64,000 nucleotides of DNA from Elusimicrobiota bacterium (lineage in GTDB: Bacteria > Elusimicrobiota > Elusimicrobia > UBA1565 > UBA9628). Position numbers and translations under genes: made by a program. Below, piece after piece: positions 1-8,972 of the stretch; the stretch's first letter is position 1, and every line of letters begins with the position of its first letter. The stretch is taken from positions 21,246 through 85,245 of the forward strand of contig JBIOJO010000002.1 in assembly GCA_044450965.1 (NCBI GenBank), given 5' to 3'. The notes beneath the pieces were generated by a model, which worked only from the letters and a program-made list of their open reading frames with translations, was not told the origin of the DNA and did no database searches.

Positions 1-723
1 GCGGCCAGCGAGGCCAAATCCCGCTTCCTGGCCAACATCTCCCGGGAGTTCGGCAATCCGCTGAACGCGATCATCGGCTTCGGCGAGATCCTCCTGCGCC
101 GCCAGGACGGCGAGCTCAACCCCGAGCAGGACGAGGATCTCCGCGCCATCGTCGACGGCGGCCGGCGTCTGGGGGCCCTGATGGCGGAGCTGATGGAGCT
201 GGCGCGGCTCGAGGCCGGCGCGGTGGAGGTCTCTCTCCAGCCCGTGGCGGGCCGAGAGGTTCTCGAGGATCTGCGGCGGCGATTTGCCGCGGAAGCCGCG
301 AAGAAAGGACTGTCGCTGCGCGTGGAGTTCGGCGAGAGTCAGGCGCAGGTCCAGGCCGATCCGGAGCGCCTGCGCCAAGCGCTCGCCTACATCGTCGCCA
401 ACGCGATCAAGTTCACGCCGCGGGGCGGAGTCGCCTTGGGGATGCAATCGAACGAGGCGGAAGTCGTTTTCAGCGTCCGGGACGAAGGCCCGGGCATTTC
501 GCCGGAGGAAAGGGAGAAGATCTTCGAGCCGTTCTGGCAATCCCGGCGCTTGGAGGGGGTGAAGAAGACGCAAGGGCTCGGGCTGGGGCTGTTCCTGGCC
601 AAGCGGCTGGTGGAGCTGCAGGGAGGAACGCTCGTCGCCGGCAAGGCGGCCGGAATGGGAACGGTTTTTTTCGTGCGCCTGCCGCCGGTGCCCGCCGCGG
701 AGTCCGTGAAGGAGGGACGATGA
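1..723 (+). CDS. Sensor histidine kinase, C-terminal part (HisKA dimerisation region plus HATPase_c). The gene starts upstream of the window. The H-box reads SREFGNPLNAIIG, so Arg sits where the phospho-His is expected.
   Basis: Frame-1 translation from nt 1 gives AASEAKSRFLANISREFGNPLNAIIGFGEILL (HisKA-like), then a G1 box DEGPGISPEE and a G2 box GLGLGLF. It ends 4 bp into the downstream receiver gene. Confidence 0.7.
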   Translation, partial: AASEAKSRFLANISREFGNPLNAIIGFGEILLRRQDGELNPEQDEDLRAIVDGGRRLGALMAELMELARLEAGAVEVSLQPVAGREVLEDLRRRFAAEAAKKGLSLRVEFGESQAQVQADPERLRQALAYIVANAIKFTPRGGVALGMQSNEAEVVFSVRDEGPGISPEEREKIFEPFWQSRRLEGVKKTQGLGLGLFLAKRLVELQGGTLVAGKAAGMGTVFFVRLPPVPAAESVKEGR

Positions 724-1109
724 TCACGCTGCTGGCCGTCGACGACATGCCCGAAAATCTCAGGCTCGTGCGCAAGCTCCTGTCCACGCAGGGCTTCCGC
801 GTGCTCGAGGCGTCGAACGCGGAAGAGGCCCTGGCGATCGCCTCCCAGGCGATGCCGGAGATTCTCCTGGTGGACCTTCGTCTCGGAGCGGGAACGCTGA
901 CCGGCTTCGAGCTGGCGGAGCGCGTCCGGAAGCTGCCCGGAGGCGCCGATGCGGTCATTCTGGCCATCAGCGGCGGCGCCGTGATCGATGACGAAGCCCG
1001 GACCCGGGCGACCGGTTTCGACGGGTTCATTCTCAAGCCCTTCGCGTTCGGCGAGTTCGCCGACCGCCTCAAAGACTCCCTGGCGAAAAAGAAGAAGCCC
1101 CGGCCGTAA
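720..1109 (+). CDS. Single-domain response regulator receiver (CheY-like)
   Basis: MITLLAVDDMPENL...LVDLRL...ILKPF carries the receiver Asp and Lys signatures. ATGA overlap with the upstream kinase. Confidence 0.8.
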   Translation: MITLLAVDDMPENLRLVRKLLSTQGFRVLEASNAEEALAIASQAMPEILLVDLRLGAGTLTGFELAERVRKLPGGADAVILAISGGAVIDDEARTRATGFDGFILKPFAFGEFADRLKDSLAKKKKPRP

Positions 1110-1126
1110 GGAGAGCGGCCTACGAT

Positions 1127-3151
1127 ATGATCAGGTGGTTGCCTGCGGCGTTACTGCTGGCTTGCGGCGCCGCCCTCCTCCGGGGCGACTCCCCTCCGGC
1201 CATGCGGATCGGCGTGCTCAAGTTCGATACGGCCGACGCCGCGGTCAGCGGCGCGGCGGCCGGCGACCTGTTCAGCGCCGCCCTCTACCGGAATTTTCCC
1301 GGGCTCTCCGTGGTCGGGCCGGCTCAGGTGGAAGCCGTGATCTCGAGGGAGCATCTTCCCAGGGGGAACGAAAGGCTGGACCCGGAAGCGGCCGGGGCGC
1401 TGCAAAATGCCCTGGAGGTGGACGCGCTGGCCAGCGGGACCATCATGGCGTTGGAGACGAACGCCGACGGAGGGGGAGGGACGCTGATGATCGGCGCGCG
1501 CCTCATGAAGCTCCCCTCCGGCGAGATTCTCTGGGCGGACACGCGGACGGTCCGCATCGGCGCGCCGTTGCTCAAGAGAATGCTGGGCGCGCCGCGGGAA
1601 TCCGACGCGGTTCTTGCCGGCAAGCTCCTGGAGCTGGGGGTCTTCCAGCTGGTCCAGGATCTCGGCCAGCGCCTTCCCGAGGAGGCTCTCGCTCCCACGG
1701 ATCGCGGCGCCGGAGAACGCTCGGACGAGCGCTGCGCCCCGCCGGCCTTCTATGAAACCCTGGCGCGAGACGCCGACTGGTTTTACGGCGTCGGCAAGGA
1801 CCCGGACACCGACAAGGCGCGCGCGGCGGCCCTGGCCAATCTCGCGCTGCAGGCGACCGGCCGGGCCGACGGCCTGGCGACGGACACCGGCCTGCTCGCG
1901 GGATGGGAGCAGGACGACTTCCGGCGCTGCAAGGGGTTCAGCTACGTCATGGTCCGGATCGGGAAGGCGCGGGTGCGCGAGTTCCTCGCGCGGAACCCAG
2001 GCGCCGGCGCGAATACCGTGCTGCAGGATCTGAAGCGGCGCCTGGACGTCCTCGAGTCCAGCAATAGCCGGATTCTCGACCGTTCGGCGGAAAATCCCCG
2101 GCGGTCTTTGGCTCCCCTGCTCATGAAGGACACCATCGCGAGCGTGAAGGCCTTGATCGGCTCCGGCACCGCGCTGGATCAGGTCGTGCGCGCCAACGTC
2201 GCCAGCACCGAGATGATCTTCTCGGACCTGTTGCGCCCGCAGGCGCGCTGCGGGGGGACGAAGTGCCCGGGAGGGCCGACGCTGGAGCAGGCCGGCTTCA
2301 TCGCCAGGGCGCGCCGCAAGATCGCCGCCGGAACCATCGCCGTGGACGACGTCGTCTCGGTCCACGCCATCTTCGCCCATTATTCGAAGGCCGACGACGA
2401 TCGCGAATTCCTCGAGGCCGTCATTTCCCGGAAGCGCCCCGCGGCGCCATCGTCCGAGGATTACGAACACACCCGCGAACTGGCTTTCCCTTTGGCCTGG
2501 AGCGCGGCCTTGGCCCGCGACGACTGGGCCCGATTCTTCAAGTACTGCACGGATTACCTCCGGATGTTCCCGCAGGGCATCTACGCCGCGGCGGCGGAAA
2601 AAAACAGGGAGAACGCGGCCGATATCCTGATGCTGCGGAACATGGAGATCTCCGCCGCTCCCTCCAAATTAACCGCTGTGGGGAATTGGGTCAACGAATT
2701 CTTCTCGCCGCCCGTCAGCGACTTCCACGCGCGTCAGCAGGAAGAGATCAGCAAGGCCGTGCAGGAGGGCCTGGACTCATTGAGGACGTCGTCCGATCTT
2801 GAGGCGAGCGCACTGGTACCGGACGAGCCTCGGGGGCGTCCCGCCGATTCGGAGCCGATCTCCGCCGGGGAGGATTCCGCCGCGATCGCCAGGGGCCGCG
2901 AGCTTTACCAGCGGGACTGCGTGAGATGTCATGGAATCGAGGGAAAGGGCAGCCCCGCCGTGATCGCGATGTTCCGGCTGTCTCCCGAGGCCATGGATCT
3001 CACGCGCGTCAACCTGGATGCCTATTCTCCCGACGGCCTTTCGATCACGCTCAAAGACGGAAAGAAGGCCATGCCGGAATATAAAAAGGCCCTGAGCCGC
3101 GAGGACGCTCACGCCCTGCTGGAATATCTTCGTCGTCTCCGCGACGAGTAG
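1127..3151 (+). CDS. Exported multidomain protein: N-terminal LpoB/CsgG-like domain and C-terminal mono-haem c-type cytochrome domain
   Basis: Signal-like N-terminus MIRWLPAALLLACGAALL. RIGVLKFDTADAAVSG...LEVDALASGTIM resembles the LpoB/CsgG-like fold. C-terminus has CVRCHG (CxxCH) followed by Met-containing loops. GGAG lies upstream of the ATG. Confidence 0.55.
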   Translation: MIRWLPAALLLACGAALLRGDSPPAMRIGVLKFDTADAAVSGAAAGDLFSAALYRNFPGLSVVGPAQVEAVISREHLPRGNERLDPEAAGALQNALEVDALASGTIMALETNADGGGGTLMIGARLMKLPSGEILWADTRTVRIGAPLLKRMLGAPRESDAVLAGKLLELGVFQLVQDLGQRLPEEALAPTDRGAGERSDERCAPPAFYETLARDADWFYGVGKDPDTDKARAAALANLALQATGRADGLATDTGLLAGWEQDDFRRCKGFSYVMVRIGKARVREFLARNPGAGANTVLQDLKRRLDVLESSNSRILDRSAENPRRSLAPLLMKDTIASVKALIGSGTALDQVVRANVASTEMIFSDLLRPQARCGGTKCPGGPTLEQAGFIARARRKIAAGTIAVDDVVSVHAIFAHYSKADDDREFLEAVISRKRPAAPSSEDYEHTRELAFPLAWSAALARDDWARFFKYCTDYLRMFPQGIYAAAAEKNRENAADILMLRNMEISAAPSKLTAVGNWVNEFFSPPVSDFHARQQEEISKAVQEGLDSLRTSSDLEASALVPDEPRGRPADSEPISAGEDSAAIARGRELYQRDCVRCHGIEGKGSPAVIAMFRLSPEAMDLTRVNLDAYSPDGLSITLKDGKKAMPEYKKALSREDAHALLEYLRRLRDE

Positions 3152-3190
3152 CCGCCGGGCATCCCGGGCGATATTGTCTAGAATAGGCCA

Positions 3191-4579
3191 ATGAGGCTGG
3201 TCCTGGCGGCCGTCGCGGCGCTGTTCTTCATGCGGATGCTGGTCCACGTGGACCCGGACGTGTTCTTCCACCTCAAGGAGGGCGGACGCGTCCTGTCCGA
3301 ACATCGCCTGCCCCTGGTCGAGGAGTACTCATTCACTCGCGCCGGCAAGGCGATGGTCGCGACCGAGTGGCTGTCGGGCGCGGCGTTCGCCGCGGCCTTC
3401 CGTCTTGGAGGCTACCCGGCGGTCGTCGTCCTCAACGTCCTCCTGATCGTCGGCGCCCTGCGGCTGATGACGAAGATCTGGGACGAGGAAGGGCCTCCGG
3501 AGAGCGCGCGGGCGCTGTTGACGGCCCTGGCCGCCTTCGCCTTGCTGAGCTTCGCCCAGGCGAAGGTCCAGAACTTCACGTTTCTATTCTTCGCGCTGTA
3601 TTTATTTTGGGTCCGTCGTTGGGAGAAAGGCGCCCGCTGGGCGCCGTGGGCCATGGCGGGGGGGCTGGCGATCTGGGTGAACCTTCACGGCGGATTCACC
3701 TTGGGGTGGGTTCTTCTCGGGGCCGTGTGCGCCCTCGATTATTGGAAGGAAAAGCGCCCGAGCGCGCTCGCTCCGTGGGCGGCGGGCACTTTCGCGTGCT
3801 TCCTTCATCCGAACGGGGCGATGGCGTTCGTTTATCCTATTTGGTTCGTCTTCGCCGCGCCCGCCGCGCGTTCATTGATCGTCGAGTGGCGACCTCTCGG
3901 CTGGGCTTGGTCGTCGGTGCCGTATTTATTCGTGCTGGCGGCGGCGCTGTACTTCCGGATCGACCGGCTTCGTTCGCGGTTCCCGTGGGCGTTCCTGGGA
4001 TTCGTCTTTCTGGTGATGGGTCTGCGCGCCCGCAAGATGATGCCGTATTTCGCGTTGGTCGAATGCGCGGCGGCGGGGTTGGCTCTGGCGGGGACGAAAT
4101 CGAACGGCTCAAGGAAGAAGTGGATGCTGGCGGGGACCGTTACGGTCTTGGCGGCCATCACGGCGGTGGAACTCTCGGAAGCACGGGGCATGACCGCGTA
4201 CGGACCGATCTCCGATTGGGAAAGGGAATTTCCTCGCGAGGCCGTGCAAAAATATATCGCGCGCGACTCCGGCAAACGGATATTTCATGCCTACGAATGG
4301 GGCGGCTATTTGACGTACAAGCTCCCGCCCGGCGATCGTGTGTTTATCGACGGGCGGTTGGACCCTTATTGGACGCTCTTGACCGACTACGAGATCTTGA
4401 TGCACGCCGCCCCCGGGTGGGAGAAGCTGGCGGCGGATTACGGCATCGAGGCCGCGCTCCTGCCTCCGGCCTCGTCCTTGGCCCGCGCGCTGGACCGCGA
4501 TCCGGGCTGGAAGGCCGTCGGCACCGACGGCCGCGCGGCCCTGTACGAGCGCCGCGGCGTCGGACCCAAGAAGGACTAG
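3191..4579 (+). CDS. Polytopic integral membrane protein, function unknown
   Basis: 462 aa with about 10 hydrophobic helices and coding-like GC3. Motif YEWGGYLTYKLPPGDRVFIDGRLDPYW near the C-terminus. No family assigned by eye. Confidence 0.5.
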   Translation: MRLVLAAVAALFFMRMLVHVDPDVFFHLKEGGRVLSEHRLPLVEEYSFTRAGKAMVATEWLSGAAFAAAFRLGGYPAVVVLNVLLIVGALRLMTKIWDEEGPPESARALLTALAAFALLSFAQAKVQNFTFLFFALYLFWVRRWEKGARWAPWAMAGGLAIWVNLHGGFTLGWVLLGAVCALDYWKEKRPSALAPWAAGTFACFLHPNGAMAFVYPIWFVFAAPAARSLIVEWRPLGWAWSSVPYLFVLAAALYFRIDRLRSRFPWAFLGFVFLVMGLRARKMMPYFALVECAAAGLALAGTKSNGSRKKWMLAGTVTVLAAITAVELSEARGMTAYGPISDWEREFPREAVQKYIARDSGKRIFHAYEWGGYLTYKLPPGDRVFIDGRLDPYWTLLTDYEILMHAAPGWEKLAADYGIEAALLPPASSLARALDRDPGWKAVGTDGRAALYERRGVGPKKD

Positions 4580-4613
4580 GGCCTTTACCGCGGCCTCCCT
4601 GGGACTTCGCGCC

Positions 4614-5642
4614 GTGTCGCGGCGCGTCTTCAGGGACTACAATAGCGCTATGGGGAAAACCTCCGCCGTTCTGACCGCCTGGTTGCTGGCCGGGGCCGTC
4701 GCCGTTTCCGCGCAGATCGCCGCGCCGCGCGCTTCGTTCACGTCGCCCGTCGCGGCTCTTCCGGCCTTCGCCGAGCCGTCGGCCGCCGCGGCCGCCGGCT
4801 TGTCTCCGGCGCCCTTGAGCCCCGCGCTTCTCTCGGCCCCCGCGCTGGCGCCGGCGTTCGCCGCGCCGATGAGCGCCTCGGAGCCGAGGGCCCAGAAGCC
4901 CGAGAAGGCCGCCGCTCCCTCCGAGTTCCCGCGCCTCGTGGCCGATCTGATGAGCAACGACGCGGCTCGATCGAACGTCGCCGTCCAGGAACTGCTCAAG
5001 CTGAAAGAGGCGCATCTCAACGACCATCCCGATTCGGTGAAGACCCGGATCTTGGACCTCAAGCCCATGCAGATCCCGGCCGGGATGTACGAGGTCCAGG
5101 ACAAGGCCAAGAAGCTGCGTGACATGAAGAACAAGGAGTCCGAGGCCTGGCTGAAGGAGAACTCGGTGCCGGTCGTGGAGGACTACAAAGGCCGACAGCG
5201 CCCCGTGGACCACCATCACGAGGCGCGCGCGGCCTGGGAAGCCGACATCGACGACGCCTACACCCACCATTATTTCGACGACGAGATGCACGCGCGGCTC
5301 AAGGCCCTGCCCCGTGAGCAGTTCTACGCCGTGACCCGAGCGATGGGCCTGTTCTACGACCGCGACCAGTTCGGCGCCGGCCCGCATGACCCCAATCACC
5401 TGCCCGAGGACGTGCGCGGCATGGGCGACGATCCGTTCCGCAGCGTGGCCTGGCAGGTCCGCAAGCGCGGCGGCTACGACAAGACGGCCGTCCCGTTCGC
5501 GGAATTCAAATGGGCGCAGTTCTTCCGGGACCGCGTGAAGACCTACCCGACCAAAGCCGACTTCGAGAAAACCGTCGTCGAGGCGATGGCGCTGGTCCAC
5601 GACCCCGGCGCGAGCGATCTGCCCGGCTACAAATCCAAGTAG
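4614..5642 (+). CDS. Exported hypothetical protein with Ala/Pro-rich low-complexity N-region and His-rich segment
   Basis: Signal peptide MGKTSAVLTAWLLAGAVAVSAQ, then an APAL-rich linker, then a conserved-looking C-domain (VDHHHEARAAWEAD...FAEFKWAQFFRD). Confidence 0.45.
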   Translation: MSRRVFRDYNSAMGKTSAVLTAWLLAGAVAVSAQIAAPRASFTSPVAALPAFAEPSAAAAAGLSPAPLSPALLSAPALAPAFAAPMSASEPRAQKPEKAAAPSEFPRLVADLMSNDAARSNVAVQELLKLKEAHLNDHPDSVKTRILDLKPMQIPAGMYEVQDKAKKLRDMKNKESEAWLKENSVPVVEDYKGRQRPVDHHHEARAAWEADIDDAYTHHYFDDEMHARLKALPREQFYAVTRAMGLFYDRDQFGAGPHDPNHLPEDVRGMGDDPFRSVAWQVRKRGGYDKTAVPFAEFKWAQFFRDRVKTYPTKADFEKTVVEAMALVHDPGASDLPGYKSK

Positions 5643-5686
5643 GCCGGACCTCGGCAAGCCGGGCTCCGGTATGCCATAATCGCCGC

Positions 5687-6118
5687 ATGAGCGACGCTTT
5701 CGCGGCCGGATCGAGCGAAGACCCCAAAACCAAGGAAATCCTCATCGTCGACGACGACGAGGCGATGCTGAACCTGCTTCAGATCCTGGTGCGCCGCGAC
5801 GGCTTCCGCACCGACCTGGCCTCCACCGGGGACGACGCGCTGGAGAAGCTCAAGCGCCCGCATTCCGCTTTGATCCTGGACCTGATGCTGCCCGGCGGGA
5901 CCAGCGGCTTCGACGTGCTGGCGCGCCTGAGGACGTTCGAGGGGACGGTCCCTCCCGTCATCGTGGTGACCGCCCACGCGCAGTCCGCGGAAGTCCAGGC
6001 CGTCATGAAGGATCCCAACGTGGTCCTGTTCCTCTCCAAGCCCATCAACCAGGAAAAGCTGCTGGGGGCGCTCCATAAGGTCCTGAAGACCCGCTCGTCG
6101 CGCCCGCCGAAGACGTAG
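5687..6118 (+). CDS. Single-domain response regulator receiver
   Basis: MSDAFAAG...EILIVDDDEAML...ALILDLMLPGGTSG...FLSKPI. The internal ATG at 5687 was preferred over the track start (5510) because the receiver fold begins there. Confidence 0.75.
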   Translation: MSDAFAAGSSEDPKTKEILIVDDDEAMLNLLQILVRRDGFRTDLASTGDDALEKLKRPHSALILDLMLPGGTSGFDVLARLRTFEGTVPPVIVVTAHAQSAEVQAVMKDPNVVLFLSKPINQEKLLGALHKVLKTRSSRPPKT

Positions 6119-6123
6119 CCGCG

Positions 6124-6411
6124 CTACTTCTTCTTGAGCTTGGCTTTCTCGGCGCAGGGATCGCCGGGATAAGACACCAGCAAGGACGGATCGCTGGCCT
6201 TCAGAGGCGTGACCACCCGGCCGTCCTCCATCACCGTTCCGCCCTCAGGAGCCGCGGTCGGCGCGTTCTGCGGCGCGACGGCGATGAGCGGGGGGAGGGC
6301 CTCCACGACCGGCGGACGCGGCGTCGCCAGGCCCTTCGCGACCCAGCCGAACGCGAAGCCCCCCGCGGCGGCCCAGGCGGCGGTCCTCAAGGCGCGGCTG
6401 GCGGCGGTCAC
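6124..6411 (-). CDS. Small exported hypothetical protein (95 aa)
   Basis: Strong G/C third-position bias on the minus strand. Hydrophobic N-terminus AAWAAAGGFAFGWVA. No homolog recognised. Confidence 0.35.
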   Translation of the reverse strand: MTAASRALRTAAWAAAGGFAFGWVAKGLATPRPPVVEALPPLIAVAPQNAPTAAPEGGTVMEDGRVVTPLKASDPSLLVSYPGDPCAEKAKLKKK

Positions 6412-6475
6412 CCCGATAGTATGACCGCGCGGGCGGCCCCCGTCAAGCGCCGGGACGAATTGCTAAAATCCGCGG

Positions 6476-6892
6476 ATGAAGATGATCAAGGAATTCAAGG
6501 AATTCGCGATGAAGGGCAACGTCGTGGACATGGCCGTCGGCGTCGTCATCGGCGGCGCGTTCGGCCGGATCGTGACGTCGTTCCTCAACGACATGATGAT
6601 GCCGCCGCTGGGGATGCTCACCGGGGGCGTGGACTTCACCGACCACCGCCTGACGCTGAAGGCCGCCGAGGCCGGTGGGAAAGCCGTCACGCTCAACTAC
6701 GGGGCCTTCATCACGGCCGTGGTGGACTTCGCCGTCGTCGCCTTCGCGGTGTTCATGCTGGTCAAGGCCATGAACACGCTCAAGCGCGAGCAGCCGGCGG
6801 CGCCCAGCGAGAAGCAGTGCCCCGAGTGCCTGCTGACCATCCCGCTCCGGGCCAAGCGCTGCGGCCACTGCGCGCAGCCCCAGCCCTCCTGA
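6476..6892 (+). CDS. mscL: Large-conductance mechanosensitive channel MscL with C-terminal Cys4 zinc-ribbon extension
   Basis: [46 protein letters not shown] closely matches the MscL N-terminus and TM1. The C-terminus has CPEC-x11-CGHC. Confidence 0.85.
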   Translation: MKMIKEFKEFAMKGNVVDMAVGVVIGGAFGRIVTSFLNDMMMPPLGMLTGGVDFTDHRLTLKAAEAGGKAVTLNYGAFITAVVDFAVVAFAVFMLVKAMNTLKREQPAAPSEKQCPECLLTIPLRAKRCGHCAQPQPS

Positions 6893-8025
6893 GCTCCGCC
6901 CTCGCGCTCCTCTCTCTGCTGGGGAGCGCGGGCCTTTGGGTGTGCCTGGCGGTCACGCGGCGCCATTTCCGCGGCGCGCCGCCGGAGGCCTGCGCCCGGC
7001 CGATGACCTTGATCAAGCCGATCAAGGGCCGGGACGACGCCATGGAGGACGGCTTCCGCGCCATCGTGGCGGCGGATCCGGGCCGGACGCTGCAGGTGCT
7101 GATCGCGCTGGAGACGGCCGATGATCCGGCCTATCCCGTCGCGCGCGCGTTCGCGGACGCGCACCCGGACCGCGACATCGAGGTGGTGCTGACGGGCCCC
7201 TCCGGCCCGCGCATGGGCAAGATCCACAACATGATCGAGGCCGCGCCCCGCGCGAAGCACCGCGTCATCCTGTTTTCCGACGCCGACGTCCGCATCACGC
7301 CGACCCTCCTGTCCGACACGGCGCGGGCGTTCGACGCGGGCGCCGACGCCGTCTACGCTCTGCCCTACCACGCCTTCGTGTCCGGTCCCGGGGGCTGGCT
7401 GTTCCTGGTCGCGTTCAACCACTCGTTCTGCGTCCCGGTGGCGCTGACCTACCGCTTGGGAAAACTGCGCTCGTTCGCCGGGGCTTGGATGGGCTACACG
7501 AAGGAGGCGCTCGCGGCGATCGGGGGCCTGGAGCGCTTCGAGAACGCCATCGCCGAGGATTTCTCCTTGGGTTTGGCGGCGAGCCGGGCGGGCCTGCGCC
7601 AGGTCCTGCTGCGCGAACCCGTCCTGGTCCGCGAGACGGGGACTTCCGTGAGCGAGGCGTTCACTCACATCTCCAAATGGACCTCGATCATCTTCTGGAG
7701 CTGGCCCGCGCCGGTGATCGCGGCACCGTTCGCGAGTCCATGTTTGTTGGGATATATATCCATTGCGCTCGCCGTGACGCTGGGGCTTCCAGTGAAATTA
7801 TCGTTGTTCGCCGTGTCCGTCGCGGCGCTCTCCCGCATCGCCGTCGGCGTTCTTCAAGACGAGTTCCTCAGCGGCTCCCGCGCCCCATTCTGGAGCTACG
7901 CCTTGCTTCCCATCGCGGACCTGGGGGCGCTGATTTTCCTCCCGCTGGCGCTCCGTCGCACCGTCACCTGGCGGGGAAAAACATACCGGCTGACCTTGGG
8001 CGGGCACGCGGAAGTCGTCGCCTGA
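6826..8025 (+). CDS. Family-2 glycosyltransferase of the ceramide glucosyltransferase-like (GT21/HpnI-like) type. The start codon is uncertain: no in-frame ATG covers the N-terminal TM segment, and the possible GTG at 6826 lies inside mscL.
   Basis: TM anchor [27 protein letters not shown], then [13 protein letters not shown] motif FSDADVRI and [10 protein letters not shown]-terminal [13 protein letters not shown] resembles the WRxGRYRL tail of glucosylceramide synthases. Confidence 0.6.
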   Translation: MPADHPAPGQALRPLRAAPALLSSALALLSLLGSAGLWVCLAVTRRHFRGAPPEACARPMTLIKPIKGRDDAMEDGFRAIVAADPGRTLQVLIALETADDPAYPVARAFADAHPDRDIEVVLTGPSGPRMGKIHNMIEAAPRAKHRVILFSDADVRITPTLLSDTARAFDAGADAVYALPYHAFVSGPGGWLFLVAFNHSFCVPVALTYRLGKLRSFAGAWMGYTKEALAAIGGLERFENAIAEDFSLGLAASRAGLRQVLLREPVLVRETGTSVSEAFTHISKWTSIIFWSWPAPVIAAPFASPCLLGYISIALAVTLGLPVKLSLFAVSVAALSRIAVGVLQDEFLSGSRAPFWSYALLPIADLGALIFLPLALRRTVTWRGKTYRLTLGGHAEVVA

Positions 8026-8054
8026 CCTGTCAATTTGCTAATCTCCTGATCCTC

Positions 8055-8960
8055 ATGGCGCGCACGATCCTCGTCGTTGACGACGACCAGACCTTGGTCG
8101 CTCCGCTGAAGGACGGCCTTGAGTCCGCGGGCTACCGCGTGGCCACGGCGTTCGACGCCGCCCAGGGAATCCTCCAGGCGCACGAGGCGCGCCCGGATCT
8201 GATCATCCTGGATTTCTACATGCCCGGCGGAGACGGCGGCTGGGTCTATGAGCGCCTGCGCGCCGCGCCGGACACTATGGAAATCCCGGTCGTCTTTTCG
8301 ACCGGCCTGACCTTGGAGGAGCTCCGCGAGAAGGTGAAGTCCGGCTCCCGCACGTATTTCCTGAAGAAGCCCGTGGGCTTCAACGGTATTCTCTCGATCG
8401 TGAACCAGGTTCTGGGCGAGGACCGCCGCGCCATCATGGGCGACCCCGAACTGCCGAAAACCACGGGCACCCCGCCGCCGCCCCCGGCTCCGGCGCCCGC
8501 CGCGGCCGCTCCCATCGTCCGGCCGAAGGCGCGGTTCAACGAGTTCGACGTGCGCGTCACCTACGCCGATACCGACAAGCTGGGCATCATCTACTACGCG
8601 AACTACCTGAAGTACTTCGAGCAGGGCCGCACCGAGCTGATGCGCGGCCTGGGCGTGCGCTACCGGGACCTGGAGATCACCCGCAAGCTGTTCCTGCCCG
8701 CCGTGGAGGCGCGCGTGGAGTACAAGGCGCCCAGCCGCTACGACGACCTGCTGACGGTGCGCACCTGGATCGCGGAGATGGGCAAGGCCAGCATCTCATT
8801 CGAGTGCGACGTGGTGGACAAGGACCTGGGCGGCAAGCTCTGCGCCCGTGGATTTTCCCGCCACGCCATCGTCAACGACCTGTGGCGCACCACCCGCATC
8901 CCCGAGGACCTGCGCGCCCTGCTGAGCCCGTACGTGGGCCTAGGACCTTCCGCGAAGTAG
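8055..8960 (+). CDS. Response-regulator receiver domain fused to a YbgC/4HBT-type acyl-CoA thioesterase (hotdog fold)
   Basis: N-terminus MARTILVVDDDQ...LIILDFYMPGGDG...YFLKKP is a receiver. A Pro-rich linker PPPPPAPAPAAAAP follows. FNEFDVRVTYADTDKLGIIYYANYLKYFEQGRTELM aligns with YbgC [31 protein letters not shown], catalytic Asp included. Confidence 0.8.
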   Translation: MARTILVVDDDQTLVAPLKDGLESAGYRVATAFDAAQGILQAHEARPDLIILDFYMPGGDGGWVYERLRAAPDTMEIPVVFSTGLTLEELREKVKSGSRTYFLKKPVGFNGILSIVNQVLGEDRRAIMGDPELPKTTGTPPPPPAPAPAAAAPIVRPKARFNEFDVRVTYADTDKLGIIYYANYLKYFEQGRTELMRGLGVRYRDLEITRKLFLPAVEARVEYKAPSRYDDLLTVRTWIAEMGKASISFECDVVDKDLGGKLCARGFSRHAIVNDLWRTTRIPEDLRALLSPYVGLGPSAK

Positions 8961-8972
8961 GCGCGTCCGGCG

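Noticed and set aside
4344-5657. 437-aa minus-strand ORF antisense to the exported protein gene 4614..5642
   Set aside because: Arg/Gly-rich antisense shadow with no signature. The sense-strand protein has a credible signal peptide and better GC3.
5510-5686. Upstream extension of the response-regulator gene (track start 5510)
   Set aside because: The extension is Arg/Gly-rich and overlaps the previous gene's 3' end. The receiver fold begins at ATG 5687.
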